Shown: positions 9,082 through 18,361 of the stretch, in pieces | How positions within the stretch are numbered: the stretch's first letter is position 1 | Layout of the letters: the number at the start of each line of letters is the position of its first letter | The notes under the pieces: model-generated | Databases searched by the model: none | What the model was told of the DNA's origin: nothing | The model's input: only the letters and a program-made list of their open reading frames with translations | DNA from: Candidatus Babeliales bacterium | Lineage (GTDB): Bacteria > Babelota > Babeliae > Babelales > JANWKD01 | Direction: 5' to 3' | NCBI GenBank assembly: GCA_963762115.1 | Contig: CAVXJH010000006.1 | Coordinates: 521,662 to 585,661, forward strand | Length of the DNA stretch: 64,000 nt | Position numbers and translations under genes: made by a program

Positions 9082-10392
9082 ATGAATTCTTTATCTAAAT
9101 TGTTGAGTTGGTTATTTTCCTTATTAATTGTCTGTCCGCTTTATTCTATGGAGAATAATCCAGGACAGTTGCCATTGGCATCGATATATTTGCTGCTTAA
9201 TACGGCAGATCCTGGGGAAAACTACAAAATTTTTGATGCAGATGAGCATTATGTTGTATTTGATTCATTTATTGGCATCTTGCTTGGCAAGAAGAAAACG
9301 GCCAACAATGCTCTTTTTATTTCATATGGATTAAGTGCTTGCTTAAAAAAGGAATATGAAAAGTCTATTAACTATTTTAAGTCATTAGATATTAAAGATC
9401 CTCTTGAGCAAGTGGCTATTCAGCCTGTTGAAACATCAACCTTTCATATTGCTGGTAGAAAAAGAAATGAACTTATCATTGAAAAGAAACTATTACCATT
9501 TACGGCTATTACTGAAACAAGTGGTGGTTTGGTGAGTAGAACAAATACAATGAAAACGGTTTTTTTGAAAAATTCAAATGATGAAGCCTTATCTCATTCA
9601 ATACCTATTACAAATGATACTTATGAGGCGTATGTTTTAGGCAGAAATTCTAACCTTGGCATCGAAAAAGAATGTATTGATCGATTTAAAATTCTTTTGG
9701 CGCTTGCTCAGGGTTGGCAATGGCATGATACAAAAAAGGGTCTTTATTGTTTAATTCAAAATGGGAATGATGCATTTTTGCCAATTAACCAATTTGAACA
9801 TGTTGATAATCCTTTTGTTCAAGAAAATAAAAATGATACTAATGAATGGATTGAATCACTTGATGATATTTTTCCTATGCAGCATAACTATCGCTATGCG
9901 TATTATTTTAATGCTCATGGTTCGCCTGATGGTTCAGAAGCTGGTGAATTGCATTATGTACTCAGCATGCCGGAAACAAAGATCAGTGAGTTTTTTGCTT
10001 ATCTTAACAGGCAACCGAATCTTGATCTTGTTATTATTGAATCATGTTTTGTCGATGGTGAAAAAGTATTAAATCTTGTTCGGCAATATCAACAAATAGA
10101 TACTTTCAATTTTGCGATTCTTTCTGCAACAAGCAAAACAGCGGAAGCTGTTTCATCACCGTCAATAGAGTTACAGCGATATTATCCGCAATGGTTAAAA
10201 ATATTTGATTGTAATGAAAAGATGCTAACATGCGATACATCACTTCGTGTGCGCATTGGAAAGTGTCATAAAAAAATTATTGAGAATCCGCAAGGAATTT
10301 CAGCAATGCAATTGTTCAGTAAAAAAAATAAACAGTTGGGGCATAAACAGAAACCGTTACTTCTTTTGTCAGGATCTTCTCAGCAAATATAA
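9082..10392 (+). CDS. Secreted protein with possible clan CD (caspase/clostripain-like) His-Cys peptidase domain
   Basis: Signal ...PLYS|ME; YYFNAHG and LVIIESCF motifs about 43 aa apart. Confidence 0.55.
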   Translation: MNSLSKLLSWLFSLLIVCPLYSMENNPGQLPLASIYLLLNTADPGENYKIFDADEHYVVFDSFIGILLGKKKTANNALFISYGLSACLKKEYEKSINYFKSLDIKDPLEQVAIQPVETSTFHIAGRKRNELIIEKKLLPFTAITETSGGLVSRTNTMKTVFLKNSNDEALSHSIPITNDTYEAYVLGRNSNLGIEKECIDRFKILLALAQGWQWHDTKKGLYCLIQNGNDAFLPINQFEHVDNPFVQENKNDTNEWIESLDDIFPMQHNYRYAYYFNAHGSPDGSEAGELHYVLSMPETKISEFFAYLNRQPNLDLVIIESCFVDGEKVLNLVRQYQQIDTFNFAILSATSKTAEAVSSPSIELQRYYPQWLKIFDCNEKMLTCDTSLRVRIGKCHKKIIENPQGISAMQLFSKKNKQLGHKQKPLLLLSGSSQQI

Positions 10393-10515
10393 TATGGTAA
10401 TTTTGATTAGAAATTTAAAAAAAATGAGAGCGCAGTAAGCTTGTGTTGTTTATGAAAAAATAGTAGCATTCTCAGGAAATCATTATTTTAATTAAAAATA
10501 AAGGAGACTTGATAC

Positions 10516-11055
10516 ATGAAATTTAAATTATTTCATATTTTTTCTTTGGCATTATGCGCTGTTTCTTATGCATATTCAATGGAGAATTTCGAAGAATTAA
10601 CTGATCCAGAAAAACTTGTTTCTGAAATTAACCAAGTGCTCAATGCGGGTGGAACAACACAAAGAAATTATGGTTGTTGCGGCGAAAAAAATTTGAAAAT
10701 CGCCGCGGCTCTTTATGCTCGTTATTATATTATTGGTCAACAAGATGCTGCTTGTTGTTATGATACTGGAACGAAAGATTGTCTAAAAAGATGGGTACAA
10801 AAACAACCTTTTCATAGCTTTATAAATCGTCATATTCCTCCTACAGAACTTAATCAAATTTTTCAAGAACAATGTGCATGGGTTGAACAACAAACAGAAA
10901 AAAATGATATACAGCATTCACTGGGTTGGGTAGGACGCTTTAGTTGGGATTCTTTTGGGGATACACCTAGAGCAATAAAAATTCCAAAAGAACAGTGGAA
11001 AGAAAAACGTACAGCAGCTTTAGTAGAATTAAAAAGAGAATTTACTAAAGAATAA
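10516..11055 (+). CDS. Secreted Cys-containing hypothetical protein
   Basis: AAGGAG RBS; signal ...YAYS|ME. Confidence 0.75.
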   Translation: MKFKLFHIFSLALCAVSYAYSMENFEELTDPEKLVSEINQVLNAGGTTQRNYGCCGEKNLKIAAALYARYYIIGQQDAACCYDTGTKDCLKRWVQKQPFHSFINRHIPPTELNQIFQEQCAWVEQQTEKNDIQHSLGWVGRFSWDSFGDTPRAIKIPKEQWKEKRTAALVELKREFTKE

Positions 11056-11082
11056 AAATATATAAAATACGTTGATTTTTTT

Positions 11083-11108
11083 GAGGGGATTTAATTCCCC
11101 TCTTTTTT
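11083..11108. terminator. Intrinsic terminator between convergent genes
   Basis: gagggga-tttaat-tcccctc followed by tttttt. Confidence 0.7.
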
Positions 11109-11141
11109 ATTCATGTAGCGTATGCGCATATAAGCGATATA

Positions 11142-11876
11142 TCAACAAAACAATCTTAAATAGTCTTGCTGTGTTTCTTTTACCATCCTGGCAATTAATT
11201 CAATAAAATCTTGATCATTCACATGAGCTTTTTCTAATGCTTTTAAATAATCAGAGCGAAGGATTGGGGGAATAATGGTAATGGTGTAGCCGGCTTGCAA
11301 AAGAGCTAAATTCATCAGTAATCGTGCAACGCGGCCATTGCCATCAACAAAGGGATGTATAAAAACAAATTTTTTATGAACAAGGGCTGCAAATTCAACA
11401 GGATGAACGTTATTGCGAAGCTCATCAAGCTCATTAATGAGATCGTGCATGAGATTCGGAATTTCTTCCGGTGACGGTAATGCAAATTTTGAACCGGTTA
11501 AAAATACTTTTACTTTTCGATAGGTTCCGGCATTGTGCTCATCGATTCTGAAATAAAAGAGATGGTGTAATTTTTTGATAATTTCTTCAGTAATATCTTT
11601 GGTTTGAATGTTTTGTAGTAAGCAATCATAGGCATTAGAATGTCCTACTGCTTCAAAGTGATCTTGTAATCGTTTTCCGCCAATAGTTATTCCTTCTTCT
11701 AGGACAACTTTTGTTTCAGTTTCGGTTAACGAATTGCCTTCAAGAGCATTGCTGGTGTAGGTAAGACCTATGCGATAATATTCTTTTATTTGTTGAAGGG
11801 TGAATGAATCAAATAATTTATTTTGATTATTGATTATATTTTTTAAAGTATCAATTTGATTAAGGAGATTATTCAT
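11142..11876 (-). CDS. Fic-domain protein (AMPylase family) with N-terminal autoinhibitory helix
   Basis: HPFVDGNGRVAR canonical motif; TSNALEGN inhibitory motif; start placed at MNNLLNQ (the ORF-track extension runs into a palindromic repeat). Confidence 0.92.
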   Translation of the reverse strand: MNNLLNQIDTLKNIINNQNKLFDSFTLQQIKEYYRIGLTYTSNALEGNSLTETETKVVLEEGITIGGKRLQDHFEAVGHSNAYDCLLQNIQTKDITEEIIKKLHHLFYFRIDEHNAGTYRKVKVFLTGSKFALPSPEEIPNLMHDLINELDELRNNVHPVEFAALVHKKFVFIHPFVDGNGRVARLLMNLALLQAGYTITIIPPILRSDYLKALEKAHVNDQDFIELIARMVKETQQDYLRLFC

Positions 11877-11957
11877 ATGAAACCATTTTGTGATTAATGA
11901 AATTTGATATAAAGTGTGAATTTGATGCATATAATAAACAATTTTGAAAGTAATTAA

Positions 11958-12160
11958 AATAATCAGAATTGTCATTGCGAGGAGCATTGCGACGCGGCAA
12001 CCCAGCTTATAAAATTCTATTTATTTCTTCATATAAAATGGATTAAAAAATATTTATTAATTCAATAATTTTTAGCTTTTTTAAGGGTTTCATTTATTAG
12101 AACATTATAATCTGGGTTCCCACGGCACAACGTGCCTCGGAATGACAATTCTGATTATAT
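11958..12160. repeat. REP/RPE-like palindromic element (inverted arms GTCATT...CCAG / CTGG...AATGAC)
   Basis: aatcagaattgtcatt at 11961 is the reverse complement of aatgacaattctgatt at 12141; related copies at ~61717 and ~63659. Confidence 0.75.
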
Positions 12161-12201
12161 TGTTTCTCTCGATATCAATAATACTGCATACAGAGTTACA
12201 A

Positions 12202-13509
12202 TTACTTTGTACTTTGAATTTTTTTATTAGTATAAGCATACATGCAAAGGCCAAAAGCAAGAATACAACTAAAAATGGCGAATGCTGTTATGCCATTAAG
12301 ATAAAAGTTACGAATACAAGAAATAACAAAAAGCATGCAGCTGCCTAGTGCAGCATAAACAATCCATGGTTGAATGATGGTGTTATTATTCTTTTTATTA
12401 TAAACAAGGAGACCGATAATACTTAACAAATAAGCAATTGAGCAACCAAGAACACTTATTTGTTGTAAAACTACAACAGTGCCTTGCGTGATGGCCAAAT
12501 AAAAGAGGCAAAATAATGCTTCAATCAAAACGCATAATGTTGGAATGTAATGTGTGTTCAATTTTTGTAAATAATTGGCAAAAAAGGTGTGGTTGTTTTT
12601 TGCCAATGCATATAAGTTCCAATGATTGCTCAATAAAATGCCATAACTGCCGCCCAGTGATGCACAAGCCAAAGCGATGTAAAGAAGAGAGATCAAATGA
12701 GTTGTAAGTGCTGGGTTGTTTGGCGCTAAAACTTGAAAGAGTGCTGGAAATATACCCATGAAATCTGTTTGTTGGAGTAAATTTTCACCTGCGGTAATAA
12801 AAAAGAGAAACTGATAAATAATGGTTACGGTGACGACGATGGCATAAGAAATAAAAAGCACTCGCGGACCATTTACTTTTGCATTTTCTAAAGAACCACT
12901 TAATGAGCAACAGGCTTCAAATCCTGCAAAGGCAAAAAGCACTAAAGGAATGGTGGTAGGAATACCACTTAACAATAATGTTGAGTTTGCTATTGACCAA
13001 TGCGAATAAAGATATAAGCAACTGCATATGGCAAAGAGGATGGGTGTTATTTTAAAAACAATAAATGCATACATAATATTTTTGCCAGCTTTCATGTGCC
13101 ACAGATTAAGCAAGGTGAATAGGCAAATAATAATCCCATCAAGAACAAAAGGACTTAGGGTGATTGATGGTAATAATGAAATAAAAAGTGTTGAAAAAAT
13201 ATGGATGAGGAGTGCCGCAGAGGCAAGTTTCCCGGTAAAATATGCCCATGCGCTAAAAAAACCTGAGAGTGGATTTATTGTTTGGGTTGCATAAGCATAA
13301 AATCCGCCGTCGGGAAAATAATGGAGTAATCGTGCCATAGATAGTATGAGAGGCAATAAGATTATGGCAACAATAAAATAACTTAAAAATCCAAAAAATC
13401 CTGACAATTTTGCCAGTGAAATTGTATTAACAAAAATACCAGCACCAAACATAACATTTAAATTTATGAGAATTGCAGACCAAAAAGAGAGTTTGTGATG
13501 GTGTGACAT
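12202..13509 (-). CDS. APC-family amino acid permease
   Basis: FGAGIF in TM1, GGFYAY, FAFAGFE in TM6; about 12 hydrophobic segments. Confidence 0.9.
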   Translation of the reverse strand: MSHHHKLSFWSAILINLNVMFGAGIFVNTISLAKLSGFFGFLSYFIVAIILLPLILSMARLLHYFPDGGFYAYATQTINPLSGFFSAWAYFTGKLASAALLIHIFSTLFISLLPSITLSPFVLDGIIICLFTLLNLWHMKAGKNIMYAFIVFKITPILFAICSCLYLYSHWSIANSTLLLSGIPTTIPLVLFAFAGFEACCSLSGSLENAKVNGPRVLFISYAIVVTVTIIYQFLFFITAGENLLQQTDFMGIFPALFQVLAPNNPALTTHLISLLYIALACASLGGSYGILLSNHWNLYALAKNNHTFFANYLQKLNTHYIPTLCVLIEALFCLFYLAITQGTVVVLQQISVLGCSIAYLLSIIGLLVYNKKNNNTIIQPWIVYAALGSCMLFVISCIRNFYLNGITAFAIFSCILAFGLCMYAYTNKKIQSTK

Positions 13510-13546
13510 AATCTTTGTGCCTTAAGTTATCTATTTTTTGTGTGAT

Positions 13547-14290
13547 TTATGCATGCCATGCAAGGTAGAGTGCAATTGATCCTGCGATAGCAGCATTTAA
13601 ACTTTCAACATTTCCTGGCATTTCTAACGTGAGTTTGTGGTCACATTGTTGTAAAATATCTTCAGGAATTCCGTGCGCTTCATTGCCTATAACAAATAGT
13701 GTATCAGAAAAATCAATTTCACTCGATTTTTTCCCCTCTTGTACTACTAAAGCGCACAAGGATAATCTTTTTTTCATGGTCAATAGTTCTTGCCAAGAAA
13801 GTTGAAAAATAGTAACCAATCCGATGCTGCCCGCGCAAGCTTGTATAACTTTTGGATGCCACGGATCAACACCTTCAACAAAAACCACTGTTTTTTTCCC
13901 CATGGCTGCGCAGGTTCTGATTAACGTGCCAGCATTTCCGGGGTCACTTAGCTGATAAAGAACGATTCCTTCTGAAAGCGTAGTGTTATCTGGTTGTGGT
14001 GGTATTGAAAAAACACCAAGTATGCCGCTTGGTGCGTGACTGAGACTTATTTTTTTCATCACCTCATCAGAGACTTCAGTGATATATTCATCAGCACATA
14101 ATGAAACTGCTTTTGGCAGCATGGTGTATGTTGCGTAAAGCATGATTGGTTTTATGCCAGATTCTAAAAGTGTTGAACAAACACGAGTTCCTTCGGCAAT
14201 AAAGCGATTTTGTTCGTATCTGTTTTTTGCTTTTTCTAAAGCGGCAACGGCTTTAATCTCAGGATTTTGCAGTGAAATAATTTTTTTCAT
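13547..14290 (-). CDS. TrmH/SpoU-family RNA 2'-O-methyltransferase
   Basis: DPGNAGTLIRT, IGNEAHG, ESLNAAIA. Confidence 0.93.
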   Translation of the reverse strand: MKKIISLQNPEIKAVAALEKAKNRYEQNRFIAEGTRVCSTLLESGIKPIMLYATYTMLPKAVSLCADEYITEVSDEVMKKISLSHAPSGILGVFSIPPQPDNTTLSEGIVLYQLSDPGNAGTLIRTCAAMGKKTVVFVEGVDPWHPKVIQACAGSIGLVTIFQLSWQELLTMKKRLSLCALVVQEGKKSSEIDFSDTLFVIGNEAHGIPEDILQQCDHKLTLEMPGNVESLNAAIAGSIALYLAWHA

Positions 14291-14296
14291 TATGAG

Positions 14297-14506
14297 TTAA
14301 TTACCGAAATGTAAATTATCTTGACGACGCATATCATCTTTACCTGGTGTTCGAGGTAGTTGTGCATTTTTTTGTCTGTTATTAGCTTGTTCTTTTTTTT
14401 CGCTGGTGAATGGTGATTTTTTCGGTTCTTTGTTTTCTTGGTTCATAGCATTAAGTGTATGGTTTGCCAAAAATAAACCTAAACAAAATAATAGTGTTTT
14501 ATTCAT
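14297..14506 (-). CDS. Small secreted hypothetical protein
   Basis: GGGGAG RBS; signal ...TLNA|MN. Confidence 0.6.
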   Translation of the reverse strand: MNKTLLFCLGLFLANHTLNAMNQENKEPKKSPFTSEKKEQANNRQKNAQLPRTPGKDDMRRQDNLHFGN

Positions 14507-14566
14507 AGGATCTCCCCTTTGATTGTTTCTTTATATGAGATTAACTATAGCAAAAAATTGTCTTTT

Positions 14567-15697
14567 TTATAGCTCATCTAATAAAATTTTCATTCTATAA
14601 TTTGTCATTAATGTAATCATAAAATGGAGATTATGTATTGTGGCAAGAGAATAACCCGTTAGCTCATGAGCTTTATAAAGATGATGTAAATAAGCGAGCG
14701 AATGATTTTTGCATACAAAACAAGTACAATTTGGGTCAATAGGGCCAAAATTGTTTTTATTAGCGCTATGGGTGATTTTTAAATTTCCTTGAGAAGTGAA
14801 TAATAAACCATGACGAGCGCAGCGCGTTGGATGTGAGCTATCAAAGGTATCAATACCCAGCGTCACGGCTTGATCTAAAGAAAGAAGATCGCCAATGCCC
14901 AGTAAATGATTTGGTTTCTCTTCAGGTAATAATGGCATAAGAGTTTTAAGCATAATGATCATTTCATCACGATTTTTACCCAAGCTGCCGCCAATTGCAT
15001 GACCATCAAAAGGTAAAGTTGCCAAATATTCACAACTTTTTTTGCGCAACTCAGGATCAATGCCACCATGAATGACAGAATACATTGCCTGTTTGTTAGG
15101 GTTTTTTAAGTGATGTTCAAGAGAGCGTTTTTCCCAACGATGGGTGCGATCTAATGATTTTTTTAACACTTGTTGATCAATATGATAGGGTGGCAATTCA
15201 TCAAGAGGAATAATAATATCAGCACCAAGATCTTTTTGTGCATCAATTGATGATTCAGGGGTGAGCAATAAGGGGCTGCCATCACGGTATGAACGGAATA
15301 AAACGCCATCTTCAGAAATTTTTAGCACAGAGCCATCTTGTTTCTTGCTGCCACGACTTTTTAATTCATCATGCACGGTGCCATAGGCCAAACTAAACAC
15401 TTGGAAACCGCCAGAATCGGTGATAATGGGTGATTTTCGTTGCATAAAAGTATGCAGTCCGCCGGCATCTTTAATTATTTTAGTGCCCGGTTGAACCATT
15501 AAATGATAGGTATTACAAAACATGAGCTGTAATCCAAGTTGATCAATCATAGTGCTATCAAGGGCTTTAAGGCTGGCATTGGTGCCAACAGCAACAAAAT
15601 TTGGTGTGTCTATAATGCCATGGGGCGTGTGAATTCTACCCACACGGGCGCGAGATTTTTTTGATTGATGTATGAGTTCAAAGTTAAAATAATTCAT
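14567..15697 (-). CDS. tgt: tRNA-guanine transglycosylase (Chlamydia-like subtype)
   Basis: TDSGGFQVFSL, CNTYHL, DTFDSSHPTR, CTCFVC..H zinc site. Confidence 0.97.
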   Translation of the reverse strand: MNYFNFELIHQSKKSRARVGRIHTPHGIIDTPNFVAVGTNASLKALDSTMIDQLGLQLMFCNTYHLMVQPGTKIIKDAGGLHTFMQRKSPIITDSGGFQVFSLAYGTVHDELKSRGSKKQDGSVLKISEDGVLFRSYRDGSPLLLTPESSIDAQKDLGADIIIPLDELPPYHIDQQVLKKSLDRTHRWEKRSLEHHLKNPNKQAMYSVIHGGIDPELRKKSCEYLATLPFDGHAIGGSLGKNRDEMIIMLKTLMPLLPEEKPNHLLGIGDLLSLDQAVTLGIDTFDSSHPTRCARHGLLFTSQGNLKITHSANKNNFGPIDPNCTCFVCKNHSLAYLHHLYKAHELTGYSLATIHNLHFMITLMTNYRMKILLDEL

Positions 15698-16368
15698 GAA
15701 GGTAAAGCCTGCGTTGAAGAAATAATTTTTTTAGAAAACCACAAAAAAGGTGTTGCCATACTCAAAACGACTATTTTAATCAAATAGCTCAGAACAATAA
15801 TATGAAAAATATGTTCAACTGAGCCATAAAGACCCAAAAAGCTAAAAAGAATAGTATCAAGTAATTGGCAAATTGCTACCGAACAGAAATTGCGCAGCAA
15901 CAGCAAATGAGGAATACGCTGTTGCAAAAAAGCATAAAGTGCTGTTTCAAGGTGTTGTACAATAATATACGTAGTGAAAGAAGCAAGCATAATGCGGGGA
16001 ATAATACCAAATATCGCCGTATAATGTTCATGGGTCATGTCATAGATGCTTGGGGTATAGAGCAGGTGAAATTGAGAAAGAATGGTGCATGTCATGCCGG
16101 CACCAAAACTTAACCAAATTGCCTTTTTAGTTATAGATCTGCCGAAGTATTCTTGCAAGAGATTGAGCCCTAGGCTGGCGCCTATGCTTAAACTATCAGT
16201 TGCGGTAACATGCAAGCCAAAAAGCACGATCTGTTTTGAAACAAAGATGTTTGCCAAGATGCAGATGAGGCATATAAAGCTTATAAGCGCTTCTTTGCCT
16301 AGGCGTAGTGCACCCAAAGCGGTAATGGCGATAAAACAGGTTTGTAATAAAAAAATTTGTTCATTCAT
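15694..16368 (-). CDS. yhhQ: Queuosine precursor transporter (YhhQ/VUT family)
   Basis: ANIFVSKQI, LQEYFGR, PRIMLAS, QLLDTILF; overlaps the tgt start (ATGA). Confidence 0.9.
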   Translation of the reverse strand: MNEQIFLLQTCFIAITALGALRLGKEALISFICLICILANIFVSKQIVLFGLHVTATDSLSIGASLGLNLLQEYFGRSITKKAIWLSFGAGMTCTILSQFHLLYTPSIYDMTHEHYTAIFGIIPRIMLASFTTYIIVQHLETALYAFLQQRIPHLLLLRNFCSVAICQLLDTILFSFLGLYGSVEHIFHIIVLSYLIKIVVLSMATPFLWFSKKIISSTQALPS

Positions 16369-16443
16369 AGTAATAAAAAATTGGTAATAAAAACTATATT
16401 CTTATTACTATTATAAACTATGCCCTTAAAATCGCTAGTTTTT

Positions 16444-17661
16444 TTAACTTAATGCATACCAGAGCTGCGTGAGTCTTTGGTGAAGTCCCTGCAACGCTTT
16501 TTGCAAATCCTCTCTTTGTTCAGGGGTTTCTTTTTTTTGTTCCCTTGTGGGTTCTTCTGTCTGTTGGGGGACAGGTTGATTTTTTTCACGTTCTTTTCTT
16601 GTTTTTTCTAGTTTTTCTTTTTCTTCTCTTATGCGAGCTTGCGATTTTAATCGTTCGGCTTCTCGTTGCTCTTGTTCAAGTTTTTGTTGTTGTTTTTGTT
16701 GTTCCTCAAACTTTTTTCCGATGGATGTTGTTGTTTTTGAGGGGAGTATTTTTTTTTCTGGGGCTTGTTCTTGGGATTCTTTTGTTTCCCATTTTTTACT
16801 ATACTCTAATCCTAAATCTCTATATTTTTTGGCTAATTGTTTATCGATTGGATAAGCTTCTGAAGCGATATTTTGAATTAAGTTAAGAGTTTTTGTTAAA
16901 ATTGGCTTATCAATAATAGTAAATACTTCAATCGCTTTAAGTAATCTATTTAATAACTCTATCTTTTTTTCCATATCATTTGTTTCATAAGCTTCATTAA
17001 GTGTTTTGTTTAACCACTTTTTTTGTTTTTTTGTAGTAATTTGTTTACTTAATGTATCTCTTTGCGTTTTGTCTTTATAATCAAAATTGGTAAAAAATTC
17101 ATTGGCCAGATTGAGCACGTTGTGTGCTTCATCCAATAAATCGTTATCAAGATATTGGTTAGTGATGTTGTATATTACATCTAAAAATTTTTTTTTTATT
17201 TCATCAGAAGGCGTGTATTGCGTTAAGCTTATGAGTACGCTGATCAAAGTTCCTATTTTTTCTTCATATGTTTGTGATTCGTTAATACCGTTAAGTATTT
17301 CATTTAACTTTTTTTCTATTTCTTCAGGAGGAATTGTTTCAATTTTAACCGAGCCAAAGGTGTCATATTGTTGTCTTTTTTGTTCATCACTTAATGTTTC
17401 ATAAGCGTCCGTAATTTCTTTGAATTTTTCTACGGCTTCTTCAGGATTGTCACCTTTGTATGTATCAGGATGCCATTGCCGTGCTAATCTGTAATATGCT
17501 TTTTTTATTTCTGCAGTTGTTGCATTTTTATTAACGTTTAAGGTTTTATAATATCCTTTGCTATCATTTGCTTCAAATTCTTTTTCTTCCATGCCAATAA
17601 GGCTAACATGTTGTGTTAATAACAAAAAAATAAGATAAAAAAATGATATTTCTGATTTCAT
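16444..17661 (-). CDS. Secreted J-domain (DnaJ-like) protein with coiled-coil tail
   Basis: Signal ...[36 protein letters not shown]. Confidence 0.88.
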   Translation of the reverse strand: MKSEISFFYLIFLLLTQHVSLIGMEEKEFEANDSKGYYKTLNVNKNATTAEIKKAYYRLARQWHPDTYKGDNPEEAVEKFKEITDAYETLSDEQKRQQYDTFGSVKIETIPPEEIEKKLNEILNGINESQTYEEKIGTLISVLISLTQYTPSDEIKKKFLDVIYNITNQYLDNDLLDEAHNVLNLANEFFTNFDYKDKTQRDTLSKQITTKKQKKWLNKTLNEAYETNDMEKKIELLNRLLKAIEVFTIIDKPILTKTLNLIQNIASEAYPIDKQLAKKYRDLGLEYSKKWETKESQEQAPEKKILPSKTTTSIGKKFEEQQKQQQKLEQEQREAERLKSQARIREEKEKLEKTRKEREKNQPVPQQTEEPTREQKKETPEQREDLQKALQGLHQRLTQLWYALS

Positions 17662-17768
17662 GCCAAGCTCCTTTATTAGAATTTTTTTGATTATAATCAA
17701 GGAGTCTAAAGAATAGCAACCCTTCGCGTTTATTACGTAATTTTATGAAATTAAGCAATAAGGGATAT

Positions 17769-17810
17769 AAAAAAAAGAGTATCGAATGTACTTAGTATTC
17801 GATACTCTTT
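17769..17810 (-). terminator. Intrinsic terminator after 17839..18060
   Basis: aaagagtatcgaat...attcgatactcttt stem; U-run on the minus strand. Confidence 0.7.
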
Positions 17811-17838
17811 AAATATTGAATTTTAATAGGAATAACTA

Positions 17839-18060
17839 TTATTTTTCTTTTATGAGATCGTTCGCATTGGGTTTATTTACTATTGGCTTACTTGGATAAT
17901 GTGAGCCATTTCTTGCGTGGTAGCCGAACATTTTTTCAGCGTCTTTTTCAAATTTTCTCGCTATGTAGTAATTATTATTAATTTTATTTTCCCCTTTTTC
18001 CATTGCCATACAATTTCCAATTGAGAAAATAATAGCTGCAGCATATAGATATTTTTGCAT
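17839..18060 (-). CDS. Small secreted hypothetical protein
   Basis: Signal ...NCMA|ME; AGGGA RBS; followed by a terminator. Confidence 0.65.
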   Translation of the reverse strand: MQKYLYAAAIIFSIGNCMAMEKGENKINNNYYIARKFEKDAEKMFGYHARNGSHYPSKPIVNKPNANDLIKEK

Positions 18061-18153
18061 GAAAATTCCCTATAAAGATACGTCTAGAAACAAATAAATT
18101 ATTTTTTAGTTATTATAAATAATATTGTTAAAATTGCTATTTTTTTATTTCTC

Positions 18154-18295
18154 TTATTTGAGGAGGGGATATTTTTTAAATCCGATGAGGCGGCATTCAG
18201 GTTGTGGTGTGATCTTGAAAGTATCATGTACTAATTGTTGCATTGTTTTTGCGACTGCAATAATATCAGCGCTCGTTGCTTGATTAGCAATAATA
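18154..18295 (-). pseudogene. murB: Duplicated 3' end of murB
   Basis: Aligns to 19861..20008 including the stop codon; 6-nt deletion; mostly synonymous differences. Confidence 0.9.
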
Positions 18296-18361
18296 CATAG
18301 TAATAAAAAACTTTGCTCTTATTACTATTATAAACTATGCCCTTAAAATCGCTTGTTATTC

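Noticed and set aside
16369..16443. preQ1 riboswitch upstream of yhhQ-tgt
   Set aside because: No recognisable preQ1 stem-loop consensus; the region looks like an AT-rich promoter.
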